From Mytilus californianus (taxonomy: Eukaryota), in the NCBI RefSeq assembly GCF_021869535.1, contig NW_026262690.1, forward strand, positions 94,922,001-94,986,000: a stretch of 64,000 nucleotides of DNA. The letters are read 5' to 3'. Of the stretch, positions 12,788 through 24,590 are shown piece after piece. Within the stretch, counting starts at the first letter, position 1. Each line of letters opens with the position of its first letter. Below the pieces are notes generated by a model, which was not told the origin of the DNA, ran no database searches, and worked only from the letters and a program-made list of their open reading frames with translations. The translations under genes were made by a program, and so were the position numbers.

Positions 12788-12890
12788 ACGCCATACTCGC
12801 GTTTCGTCTACAAAAGACTCGCCAGTGACGCTTGAATCAAAAACATTAATCAGGCCAAAGAAAGTACGAAGTTGAAGAGCATTGAGGTAT
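12788..12890 (-). ncRNA. Retrozyme-type fragment with a variant type I hammerhead ribozyme
   Basis: Minus strand: GCGUCA CUGGCGA GUCU-UUUGU-AGAC GAAA CGCGAG UA UGGCGU. Stems I and II are intact; the core deviates from CUGANGA. Confidence 0.75.
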
Positions 12891-13863
12891 GAGCATTCAC
12901 GCACACTTTTCGTCGAATCGATAGAATTACTTTTGTAACGTAACATATCTACCAATGTTCTCAATAGTCTTTATTTTCCTTTTTGGTAAATTGAGGACTG
13001 AAAATAAAATCTGCAATGATATGCAACGTATTGTGTGTTTTTTGCAATGAAGCAATAAGGATAAAAATATTCATAATTATAAAATGAAATATCATGCAGA
13101 TAAGCTATCTTTTTTATAATGTGATTACAGAATTTGATGTTCTGCAAGATACTTAAATGACTAATGTCATCGTTTCTATTCTTCTCCAGACTGACGGGAT
13201 TTGTAGCACAAACCGCTATTTGAGCATTGTTTTATTTTTTTTTTAAGTACACAAAAAATAGATTAATACATTGCACCCTTTTGGATTAAAAAAAATCGCA
13301 ACCATCTTTAGAGGATAAATATATTGTCCTCCGGGGAGTGGATAACGGCTTTATATATATATAGCCATTACTTTTTCGTTCACCTCTATCTTCCTTATTA
13401 TTTTGTAAACAGCCGATTAAACTTCTCATAATTTTGCAGCTCATTTGGCTTTTTTTCTGAATGATATACATTTGGCCACTTCATGGTTTTTGTTATCATG
13501 ACCTTCAAGCTTTCTGATTTTTTGTTTTAACTTAGGACCTTATGTGAACTCAGACTTGATGAACACTTTCTAGCAAGTTTTCACTCCGTCCTTATATGGG
13601 GGACCTTAAAAAAATGTACAAATCTTGACAAAGGCCTGTTAGGAAGAAATTTTAGGAAGAAGATAACAATTTAAGTCACCGTACGGCCTCCGAAATTAGC
13701 AAAACCCATTATGATACAGTATAGTAAGCTATAAAAGGCCAAAGGCATGATCAAATGTAAAACAATTCAAACGATAAAACAAACGGCCTGTTATATGCGT
13801 AAACCATCAACGAAACATTATTATGACATACATGAAAAGAGAGAAAGAGAAAAAAAACAACTA

Positions 13864-14070
13864 CTGTAAATTCAGAAATTATTGCGAGGTTTTTATTAAT
13901 GCGAATAATGCGACTCGAATAGTATCGCAATAATAAGAACTCGCATTTTGATAAATAAAACGTTGATCTAAACCTAGATTGTTCTGAAATCGCATTAATT
14001 AAACTCGCATTCTTGTCCATTTTTGAAAAATCGCAATAATAAATGCCCGCAATAATTTCTGAATTTACAG
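13864..14070. mobile_element. 207-bp MITE with perfect 23-bp TIRs and TA target-site duplication (Tc1/mariner-type)
   Basis: TA|CTGTAAATTCAGAAATTATTGCG...CGCAATAATTTCTGAATTTACAG|TA. It interrupts a family A tail (ACAAC-TA-CTGAATTACAGGCTC is rejoined on removal). Confidence 0.92.
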
Positions 14071-15722
14071 TACTGAATTACAGGCTCTTAAAACTCGAGA
14101 ATGGCACATACAGAATATGACAGGGTTAAACAATGTTTGCGAGAACCGTTTAACCATTTCTTTATTCTAGTATTTTATTCTTTTTACCACTTCGTAAAAT
14201 CTAGCTTTCTAATGTGTTTCTTTCCTCCTTTTTAATATTTTAAAAATCAGTATGATGTGTTGTGTAAATTTATTAAAAGGTCAATAAGGAAAGCTCTTCT
14301 TAATATTTTTAGTTGAAGTAGATTGGATGGAAATAAACAACTTTATCGTTTTGGTATTTTTCTTTATCATTATCAAAATGAAACATATGATTAACAATCC
14401 AGAAAACTAGAAACATTTGGTATTTGAAAACATATAGTTTATTAAAGAGAGTTCTAATGTATAAGGGGAAACAATTCCACTGATTTCATGATCACCTATC
14501 GATGTATTATTTTCAGTGAATATATTAGTTTGTGTTAAGTGTAATGTTAGTTTTAAGATAAAAAAAAAAGGTCGGAATATGCCAAAGGGGCATTCAAAAC
14601 CAATAAGTCGAAAGGAAAACTGCTATAACTGGAATATATGACACAACCTTGATATTAAGAACATAAAATGCAGCGGCTAAATATTCAAATGCGCTCAGTT
14701 AAGGAGTTAAATGAATCAAAAGAACGCACACCTGGACATGTTTTAAAATGAAAGAATAGATGGCAATCGTATTGGTTAAACATGCCTTAAGAAAATCGTA
14801 TGGTCTGTGCAGCGTAAAATGGCTTTTTAGTGTTTTGCAGTTTATACAACTAAAATCACGGATACACTAAAATGATTACCCTTTTCTACGAATCACAACA
14901 TCCATGCTAAATTTGAACATGCAAATGTAAGAATAAGTAATTAATTGTAAAAAACATGACATCAAAACAATTAAGAACAGCCAATTATACTTTAAATAAT
15001 TGCGAGATGAAAGAGACAAGGTTTAAACTTATGATTCCTATTTTATTTACGTACGCGGCTTGTTTCTTTTTAACTAATTTAGAAAATTTTCAAACCGAAA
15101 TTTACAACGAAAATGTATCATTTAAATCATGCCATACCAAACAAATTGCCACTACGCGGTTGCTACCGCCTATTCTACCAGCATCGATACAAACCAGAGA
15201 AAATATTAACGAATAAGGGTGTACGATGTGATTTTTATTATCCATCAAGTTACGTTGAATACCGACATTCAGGGGATCCGAAATACATAGAAGCATTTTC
15301 AACATGATATATTTAAATTAATTCAGGTAAAAGTAAATAAACTGAAAGCTTAATACATTTTTAATATCTTTCTTTTTGTACAGACATTTGCACAATGTGT
15401 GGAACACTTAATGACGACAAGGGTTTCACTTTTCGGTTGTATCATCATTTTTTACTTTTTTGTTTACAGGAAATGAACCAAACAAAAACAAAAATGAAAA
15501 CGCATCTTTGTCCTTTCACACTTGAAGATGTCGTGACAATTTAACCACGTGACAATTTAACCACATATAGTGAATAACATTTATTGTTATTGTAAAAGCT
15601 GATAAAAAAAGATGTAAATTACTTATAGGATGTTCATATAGGGTTCCTTCCGCCGGATAATTGTCCTTTTTACGATGATACTATTCATTTGAAGTGTGAA
15701 AAAAATCAGTTAAGTAGAAAGA

Positions 15723-16285
15723 ATGTCCAACATGACAAGCTTTTTCGTTGAGAATTCTACAAGACCCTCTATTGGGGAAGTTAAAGCACCAGTTGATGGC
15801 TATGATATAGCCGTGTACGGAATAGCAGAGGGAACATTTTATAACATTCACGTGCCAGCGCTGATATGTATTTGCATAAGTTTTATATGCGCGTTGACAA
15901 TTATTGGATATTCTTTCTATCATCAACATTATTCAACTTTTTTCCAGTGGACAAAAAGCGAGAGATTTGTAGTATACATGGCACTGTGTGACGCTCTTTT
16001 TAACGTTGCACATTTTACTGACCATTTGCACATTGCTGTAACAAAAACATTACCAAGACCAAAATCGCTTTGTGCATTTTATGGATTCATGCTGACTGAG
16101 TTCATAACAGCACAAAATTTGATGGTGAATATTGTCGCCATTAATGTTTTTATATTAGTTTTCTACCGTAAGCATTTATATTTTGGAAAATGCGACTACC
16201 GACTGTTGGTCTACATATTTGGTGCTCCAGCACTAGGGGGACTCATTGCAGGTGCCTTTGGACAGCTTGGACCAAATGGATCATT
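15723..16285 (+). CDS. cAMP-receptor-like / GPR157-like 7TM receptor, paralog 2, exon 1
   Basis: ATG 15723, MSNMTSFF...DGYDIAVYGIAEGTFYNIHVPAL...HFTDHLH...GPNGS; ends TT|GTATGT (donor 16286). Confidence 0.92.
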
Positions 16286-16947
16286 GTATGTATTTTCTTA
16301 ATTTTACCGAATCAGTCACACGTATCTTTTTGCTGCGTCTGGATCGCTTTTATGAAGAAAAAATATCAATTTTTAAAAATTATTTGAAATTTTTTTTTAA
16401 TTTGAATGACGTTAGAGATTTATATTATTACACAATTTCATTCTTTAGAGATCTTCAGCAATATTAATGGAATACATAAACTTAAATACTTTCATATCCA
16501 ATGAAGAGAACATGTGAGACAGAAATCAGTTAATGGGTGTATGCGAAACAATAAAATGGTTGATTTATGTTCCTTGTGAACCGATAAAACGTTGCTTTTT
16601 TTGTTTTTTTGTTTTTTTAAACACAATTAAATCATCTTTATTGCACTAAATGCTGTTTAACAATTTACTTAGCTTACAGCATTGAGCTAAGTTTCCCTGT
16701 GTGTTAATAATTAGATATCCTAATACTAACATTTATATATATTTTATTAGATATTCTCCCTGGATATCTATGATTAACGTTGCTTTTTTGTGCTGCCACA
16801 ATTAACACCACTATATTAATTTATTGGTTGCCAAACACCAATCAGCAATGTTTCGGTTCGCATTTCGTACATGGACCTACAATCTTCAATGTTATGATTC
16901 CGTTTGTTTAAAATGTATAATAAAAAATATTCTCATTTTCTTTTTAG

Positions 16948-17434
16948 CTGTTATTTTGATGGAGTTAAGGGGAAATGGACGGGTGTTTTCTTCACAACAG
17001 TACCACTTTTGCTGGTTTTGGTCATAAACACGATTCTTTACATTTTAAGTTGGTTAAGGATCTACAAAGAAGCCAAAGAAATTAAAGATTCACTCGGAAA
17101 GTCCTCTAGAGTTTTAAGAGCTTCACATAAAGCTGCGAAAACAATGTCATTATTTGTCACAGCATTCTTTGTTCAATGGTGGGCAATGGCGTTATATGGC
17201 GTTTGGCAGTTGGTTGATGATGTTCCATTTCTTTTATTCAATTTTGTGACAACATTTTCCAACGTGGGTGGTATTTTGAATGGAATAGTTTTTATCATCA
17301 TAATGCGTAGAAAACGTGAGAAGGCAGAACCAAGTACTAAAGCCTCCGACGACAAAGTGGGATCTGGACATACCGCAACTACACCAATGCACTCAATCGT
17401 ACATTCAAACGGTCATTCTGCAAATGTTGTTTAA
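16948..17434 (+). CDS. Paralog 2, exon 2 (ECL2 Cys to C-tail); spliced product 349 aa, intact
   Basis: Acceptor TTTTCTTTTTAG|C TGT TAT (16947/16948). 563+487 nt = 350 codons including TAA. TM5-TM7 (HKAAKTMSLFVTAFFVQWW; SNVGGILNGIVF), basic RRKREK and a Ser/Thr/His-rich tail. Confidence 0.92.
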
Positions 17435-18805
17435 AGCAATAACGACACGGAACATATTTTATTTCTTTTTGATACCATTATTGAAATATACTGGAATTTG
17501 TTATTGCCATGTATAAATAAGAGAACTAATAATTCGTGAATTTTTGTTATAACTTTGATTGTGGGTGTGCGCATTTATTTGTGTCTGATATGAAAGATAG
17601 ATTACATTTTGAACATGTAACGACACCTTATATAACGGAGTAATTATATACTATGGTACATATATGCATTTAAGAGAACGACAATCATATTTTAACATTT
17701 CAAATGTCAAATGCACGAATTGATAATGATTGATTCAGTAAATACAATCGATTCAGTCTTCAACTAAAAATGTAATTTCTGCCTTTATTTCGGTTTAAAA
17801 GTAAGCCACATCTCCAGAAAGGGATGCAGGCGTTAAGACACCACAGAAACATTAATTGGCCAATCCGATAGATTAGTACTAAATAAAAACCATTTTAAAT
17901 ATGTAACACGCAACTCAACCTTGTGCAAAACGAAATTCAGTTAATAAAGTGCTCCGGGAGCGTACTTATGTCCCTTAAAGCATGTATCGTCAGTCAAATT
18001 GCCTCGTTGTAAATGCTGGTTATTGTCGTATTCGATTTTAGATCATAAATGAGGAAAGGTGAATGGAATAGTTGCTTAGGTGAATACAGATTTTCCTTCA
18101 AGGTCAAATTTATCGCGAGGGTCCATAAATGGAGGTGACTCAATTTTTACTATTAAGAACCATTGATTACTTAGCTTGTTTGTAAGCAGTTATTCTCTAC
18201 CAGAGAAATCCTTATAGGGAACACGAATTTTGTTGCACTTTATCAACTATGAGATTTATACTGCAATCGTTATATTTGAGCAGTCAAAATGCGTTGTATA
18301 AATTCATGTTATATACAGTCACTGAACTTATAAAGCACTAAACCACAATTACCGCTATCATTCGTATTGAAAGGTTACAGTACATACTTCCGCGAGGTGG
18401 TCACCGTTTCCTACAAAAAATGAGCCAAAAATGTTGTTCTTGTTCTTATTTGTAAATAAAATTGTATAAATTATTACGTTTTTTCCTTATGGTATATATT
18501 TTATTCTGTAATCAGGGACAATCATTATTCTGACTGGTTTGAACAAGATACATGTTGAGTTTGACTCCAGCAAAGTCAGAGGGAAAATTTTAAAAGTAGT
18601 TTTGAAAAAAAAAAAATTCCCAAAAAACAACTTAATTGGTGTAAAAAGGTATAACAAAAATATAAATTCAAAAAAAAAGGGAGAAAATCTGTAAAAACTC
18701 ACAATATCAAACGTTAGACTTTATCAACCAACGGGACGAATGGAAACAACCTTAGTACAGGCATTTTCCGAAGAAAATGGTGGCTTAAACTTGGTTTTAC
18801 AGCTA

Positions 18806-19383
18806 CAGTAGTGTCCGGTAATTCCGCCCGTCCGGTAAACCCGCCCACTCCAATTTCTTCCGTAATTGTCACTTCCATGAATATTTCGTCTGCTATTTTA
18901 TTCATAGAAACTGTACATATCATCACTGCATGTCAAATTTTAAAGAAAAATCCTTTATTACGAAAAATTTCAAGTGATATATATTTAATACAGTTCATAA
19001 AGCTAAATATAATCAGATTATTGCTTACAAAACTCATTTCTGACTTGAAATTATTTTTTTGATTATCTGGAATCTCGCTATAAGTGGTCTATTAATAAAT
19101 AGAACACCTTTTCCTTTCACAATTTTGTGATAAACTGACCCACCATACATATTTACTGCGCATGGGCGGAATTACCGGACAAACACATTTCCGATAAAAA
19201 CACGGATGACCCACTTGTTTTGTTGATTTTAAAATTTATTTCAGATATTTTTTGGGAAATGAGATAAACTACTCAAAGTTGATTTGTCAGTGAATCGATT
19301 TATATTAAATTTGATACAATTTGTATATAATTAAGCAGAAATACATACGATCAAAGCCTTATGTGGGCGGATTTACCGGACTG
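18806..19383. mobile_element. MITE with repeated GTCCGGTAA.TCCGCCC terminal motifs (Tc1/mariner-like)
   Basis: Two direct motif copies at the left end (18812-18848) and two inverted copies (about 19163-19180 and 19363-19383). Left flank TA|CAGT. It truncates a family C fragment at 18745-18805. Confidence 0.65.
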
Positions 19384-20654
19384 CATCGTACCTAAAACTC
19401 TTATGACAGTTGTTCATAGCTCCGTTATATTCACAAAATTTGGTGAGCAACCAAAACAGACATAATATGTTAATATGACATAACATTTGTGTCAGATTGC
19501 AGTATAGTGGGAACATAGTGCTTTGTAAGAAATTAATTGTATTGGTTACATCATGATAACAATACATGGATTCGGCACGAAACAGATAAAATCTCGACAG
19601 AGCCTTGCACTTACCCCGTTTCTTAGCCTTATTCTTATATTATTGATTTGCCAAGTCAGTATCTTTCAATTGTCTATATATATTCACTATGCGGTTTTTG
19701 CCAGAGTGTTTCTACATAAAAAAAAGGCGAGTTCACAATGAAAACATTGAAGTTATCACCCTGGTAGCAAAGTTTTGTTTTGAACTGACACTCACACTGT
19801 GTTGACAAATGTTCTTCTTTTGAAATGGAAATTGTCAGCGTTTACACATCCTCTGCTAAGACACTGTCGATTATAAATTCAGTAGAAAATGTTTTGGTAA
19901 TAGCAAAAATGATACAAACAAAAATAGAAACCATGAAACCATAAAATATTATCATTATTGTTTTAACATGTCACACTTTGACATCATCATAATATGTCAC
20001 TAACATGAATGTACAGGGACTTTTTTAACCACTTTTATTAGAACCCATCAAATAAATCGAGGAGATGGTATTGACATGTACAATAGTTTAGACCTTCACT
20101 TACGAATGTTGAAAAAAGATGCCTTAATTTTTGAAATGATAGTTTTTTTTAAACGTTTGGTTTTCTTAACCTGAACACATAGAACTTACATTTACACAAT
20201 AAGCTCATAAGACAGTTTCTATGCAACGGTTGTATTCGAATTTTTCCAGATATTTCAGATCGAAGCTGCATAACAAATATAAGATAAAGAAAAGTAATTT
20301 TATGCAATTTTAATCAGATATCACGAAAGTAATGCACTGTTTTATTCATAATTTCGAAAGTAATGCAATGTACATCTGCAGGTAAGTATACTTCAAGTTA
20401 CACAGTTAAATAATAATAATAATAATAATGAATAATTTATAAAGCACCCTATATAAAAAATAAAAATTACTCTAAGGCGCTGTACATGCAGCAGGGTAAT
20501 TAAAACAAATCTAAGACTAAAACATAAAACATACACTGTGTTAGATATCTGAAGATCAAACAATTGTTTTTCGACATTTCTTTTATCCTTCAAATACACC
20601 TACAATGCATAAATTGTGCCAATAGATGAACTTTGCAACTCGTTGTATGCATAG

Positions 20655-21070
20655 TTATGATTAGCGTGGAAAGAAGCAATTTATGAACAAGCTAAATTTA
20701 GAAGTATAATCTCTAAAAAGAACCTTCAACTATAATAACAGAGTGAAAGGATAAAGGTATTACCTAATAAGGAATAAAGGTAAATTTCTCATTTCCAAAA
20801 TAGTTAAGGATATTTGTCTTTTATTTCATAAGAAAAGAGGTAATCATATACTTATGATTAGCATGGATAACAATTTTCTCTCTAGGAAAGACGTAGTTTA
20901 TATACAAGCTAAATTTAGAGATTATAATTTCCAAAAAAGAACCTTCAATTTTAATAAGAACAGGGTGAAAGGATAAAGGGATTACCAAATAAGGATTAAA
21001 GGTAAATTTCTCATTTCCAAAATATTTAAGAATATTTGTCTTTTATTCTATAAGAATATACTTATGATTG
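20655..21070. repeat. Tandem duplication, two units of about 200 bp
   Basis: TTATGATT(A/G) restarts at 20655, 20852 and 21062. Internal blocks CAAGCTAAATTTAGA, AAAGAACCTTCAA and AAAGGTAAATTTCTCATTTCCAAAATA occur in both units. Confidence 0.85.
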
Positions 21071-21793
21071 ATTTTATTTAAAACCAATTTCTACAACAAT
21101 CAGATTGTTTACGTTTGGAACATGTTGTGTCGTCATTCAAAGGCATTGTATTTTTTTTATTTCGGAAATAGTATTTAAACTGAAAATATAATAAAAATTG
21201 AAGAACAATCCTTAGGGCTCCTGTATTATTTATTTACCTTGATTTATTAAGAACGGTGTAATCTTTGATATATACGAGTATGATATCTTAAATTGGCAGC
21301 GAAATCAGTTGAAGGGGCGAATTAAGAGAAATTAGGGGTAGACGGTGATGGTTCCTATTTTAGTACCAATATATCTGTGAAAACAATAATATACTCAAGA
21401 TTATGTCCGTTATGAAGCTAAAAAGATAAATAGTACACGGAACTTCAAACTTGAAAACAAATGAACATTTTTTTTTTAAATTTCATTTCATAGTGTCAAT
21501 AATGTTTATTTTCTGCTTTTAAAGTTTAAAGCATAGGATAACATCTTAGTTGTTTTTTTTCTTCTTTTTTTCACAAATTTTCACATATTTGGTCAGATGA
21601 TCGCTTTATTTAAAATGATCTCATGAAAACTTTGACAGAAATTTCCTATATACGAACTTTAATGTTTTTTTATCAGTTAATTTTGACTCTCCCTTTCTAC
21701 TGCAAAGTTTGTTCCATCAATTCAAGATCTTTGTATATTTTTTCCTAAATGGAAATTGATGATATGTACAGACATACTCAAGTTCATCTGTAT

Positions 21794-22452
21794 AAATAAA
21801 GGCAACAGTAGTATACCGCTGTTCGAAATTCATAAATCGATTGAGAAAAAAACAAATCCGGGTTACAAACTAAAACTGAGGGAAACAAATATAAGAGGAG
21901 AACTACGACACAACAGAAACACAACATTAAAATGTAACACACACAGAAACGAACTATAATATAACAATGGCCATTTTCCTGACTTGGTACAGGACATTTT
22001 AAGAAAAAAATGGAGGGTTGAACCTGGTTTTGTGGCTAGCCAAACATCTCGCTTTTATGGCAATGTTAAATATAGCATCACAATGACAACATTACATGAC
22101 AGGACTACAATACAAATAAATTGGAGAACATATAGGACAGAGAAACATACGAATAATAGCTAACAAAAGGTACCAGGTTTAAAATTTAATACGCAAGACG
22201 CGCGTTTCGTCCACACAAGACTAACCAGTGACGCTCAGATCAAAAAAGTTCAAAAGCCAACACAAGTACAAAGTTGAAGAGCATTGAGGACCAAAAGTTC
22301 CAAAAAGTTGTGCCAAATACGGCCAAGGTTATATGTCTGGGATAAGAAAATCCTTAGTATTTAGAATAATTCATACTTTTGCAAACAGTAAATTTATAAA
22401 AATGACTATATAATAGATATACATGATAACACCGAAGTGGTGACTAACTACA
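21794..22452 (-). mobile_element. Repeat family B: retrozyme-type body + hammerhead (22191-22237) + about 400-bp 3' tail
   Basis: Minus strand: GCGUCA CUGGUUA GUCU-UGUGU-GGAC GAAA CGCGCG UC UUGCGU. Body 22240-22452 matches the units at 61145-61367 and 47930-47998. The tail carries the CCTGACTTGGTACAGG core. Confidence 0.75.
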
Positions 22453-22529
22453 GAATAAAAACGGATACATAAAACAACATAAACAAAAAAATACACATAA
22501 ATGAAATACACAGTTACAGGCATCTAAAC

Positions 22530-23843
22530 TTTTTATCTAGAGTAGTCTTACTTTAAATCAATTATAAACGGTAATAACTGTCCTTTCCTAGATTTAGATA
22601 TTTCTGTTTTACACGGGAAACTCTACACTAAAATTTACGACAAAAGGGACGATTTTTCGTTCCCTATTGTTAAGTTTCCTTTTTTGGATGGGGATGTTCC
22701 TTTGGCACCATCTAACGGTGTTTATATATCACAACTCGTTTGCTATGCCTGTGTCTGTTTTGACGTTTTGGATTTTAATGGACGTAATCTATGTATTACT
22801 GGTAAATTATTAAGTCAGGGATTTCGTTACCACAAATTACTTAAAACCTTTACTAAATTCTTCCATAGATATGAAGATTTGGTTTTGAAGTTTAGTTGTA
22901 CTTGTAGAAAACTCATTTCAAACGGGATAGCACATCCTCATTTTTACGGAGATGTTGTTTACCGAGCCCGGAAATTTAGAAATGATCCGGGTAAACTTAT
23001 CGGCCCTTTAAATAAACTTATTCTAAAAGGATACCAATTCACCACCGTATTTAGATCATTGATTATTGTTTTTATTGGTATTAATATTGATTTTGTTATC
23101 AATAAATTAAAAGCAAACTAAATATTATTGTTATATACATATGCACATTCATGGCTCTACAATCTGTCGATACCTGTATCTTGGCATTGCACAAGGTCAT
23201 GTTTTTCTCTGACTGTTTATGACGTCTTTATACTAAATCCATTGGATGTTGGATGTGTACTGATTGATAATTTAGTCTAAGATGCATGATTTGTTTATTA
23301 GTTGTTATTGGCTTTGAACAAGCTGTCAGTAACTGCGAGTACTTTCAGATCAGTACTTAGTGTAATTTTATTGTTGGGATGTACAAGTACCCGTCCATGT
23401 CCACTCTGTGTTTTTTTTAGATGTATTTCTATTTGTATCCATCTGATGAGTTAAGCCTTTTTCAACTGATTTTTATAGTTTGTTCTTATGTTGTACTGTA
23501 ACACCACTGCCCCAGGTTAGGGGGAGGGTTTGGCGCCCGCTAACATGTTTAACCCCGCCACATTCTGTATGTGACGGTCCCACGTCAGGAGCCTGTAATT
23601 CAGTGGTTGTCGTTTGTTCCTGTGTTAAAAATTTGTTTTTCGTTCATTATTTTGTACATAAGTTAGGCCGTTAATTTTCTCGTTTGAATTGTTTTACATT
23701 TGTCATTTCGGAGCATTTTATAGCTGATTATGCGGTATGGGCTTTGCGTACGGTGATCTATAGTTGTTAATTTTCTGTGTCATTTGGTCTTTTGTTGAGA
23801 GTTGTCTCATTGGCAATCATGCCACATCTTCTTTTTTATATTT
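22530..23843 (+). mobile_element. 5'-truncated Penelope-like retroelement, family A: RT thumb / C-terminus (stop at 23121) plus about 720-bp 3' UTR
   Basis: CPFLDLDISVLHGKLYTKIYDKRDDFSFPIVKFPFLDGDVPLAPSNGVYISQL... is homologous to the RT at 59295-60680. No C-terminal GIY-YIG domain. The 3' UTR is the source of the many family A fragments. Confidence 0.85.
23206..23282 (+). promoter_or_regulatory. Candidate SECIS element (selenocysteine insertion hairpin) in the retroelement 3' UTR
   Basis: Helix I GACUG/UAGUC; AUGAC core (23219-23223) opposite UGAU (23265-23268); 10-bp helix II with 8 WC/GU pairs; apical AAA (23235-23237); UCCA/UGGA mini-stem. Folded by hand only. Confidence 0.65.
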
Positions 23844-24194
23844 ACTTATTTCTAAAGTCTCCTTCAAGGTGACAAAGATAGTTTGAAATCCTTGTGTTAC
23901 CCTTTTTTCTTTTCTGGTCAATGTTCAAAATGGGTATTGACTTGTAAACAATTTTCTTATTACAAGTGGTTGGTTTCCTTGTCAAATATATGCAATAAAA
24001 TCTGGAAGGTAAACAAAGTAGCAAATTATGACAGTGTTTGAAATTAAAAATCAAGATGCCCTTTATTAAGAGAAAGCAAACAAGGGCAAACACACGGACA
24101 GTTGTTAACCACTAAAACAATGGATACGTGTCAGCGATCAACATCATTAAAGGAGTACTTTGAAAACGTATTGTTTTTCATTCGTCCCCTTGCT

Positions 24195-24590
24195 TGATTT
24201 GATTTTTGGTGTTTTAATAGATATAGGAAGATGTGGTATGAGTGCCAATGAGACAACTCTCAATCCAAGTAACAATTTATAAAAGTAAACCATTATAGGT
24301 CAAGGTACGGCCTTCAACACGGAGCATTGGCTCACACCGAACAGCAAGCTATAAACGCCACTTTTAAGCACCGCTTTTGCGCTATTTCGTGGCGGACAGT
24401 TTTTATTGGTGGAGGAAGCCGGAGTGCCCGGAGAAAACCACCGACCTTCGATAGGAAAACTGACAATCCTAGTCAATTACGATTGGAGTCGAGTGCACCC
24501 GCACGAGCGGGGTTCGAACTCACAACCTCAGTGTTGACTGGCTAGTGTTTACAGTAGTAACTACTTAGACCACTCGGCCACCGAGGCTCC
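24195..24590 (-). mobile_element. tRNA-derived SINE (V/Meta-type central domain), tail interrupted by a family A fragment (24218-24355)
   Basis: A box TGGCCGAGTGG (24580-24570), B box GAGTTCGAACCC (24521-24510), central GGTGGTTTTCTCCGGGCACTCCGGCTTCCTCC motif. Confidence 0.85.

Noticed and set aside
4037-15307. Numerous 60-120 aa ORFs between receptors 1 and 2 (and similar ones elsewhere)
   Set aside because: Low-complexity F/I/K/L-rich translations of AT-rich or repeat DNA, many with non-ATG starts and no recognisable motifs.
23443-23469. CTGATGA...CTGA as a hammerhead or C/D-box snoRNA
   Set aside because: No GAAA box follows for a hammerhead, and the 16-nt spacing is too short for a snoRNA; at most a small hairpin or K-loop in the retroelement UTR.
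24500-24590. A/B-box region as a real tRNA gene
   Set aside because: No complete cloverleaf; it runs straight into a SINE central domain and tail.
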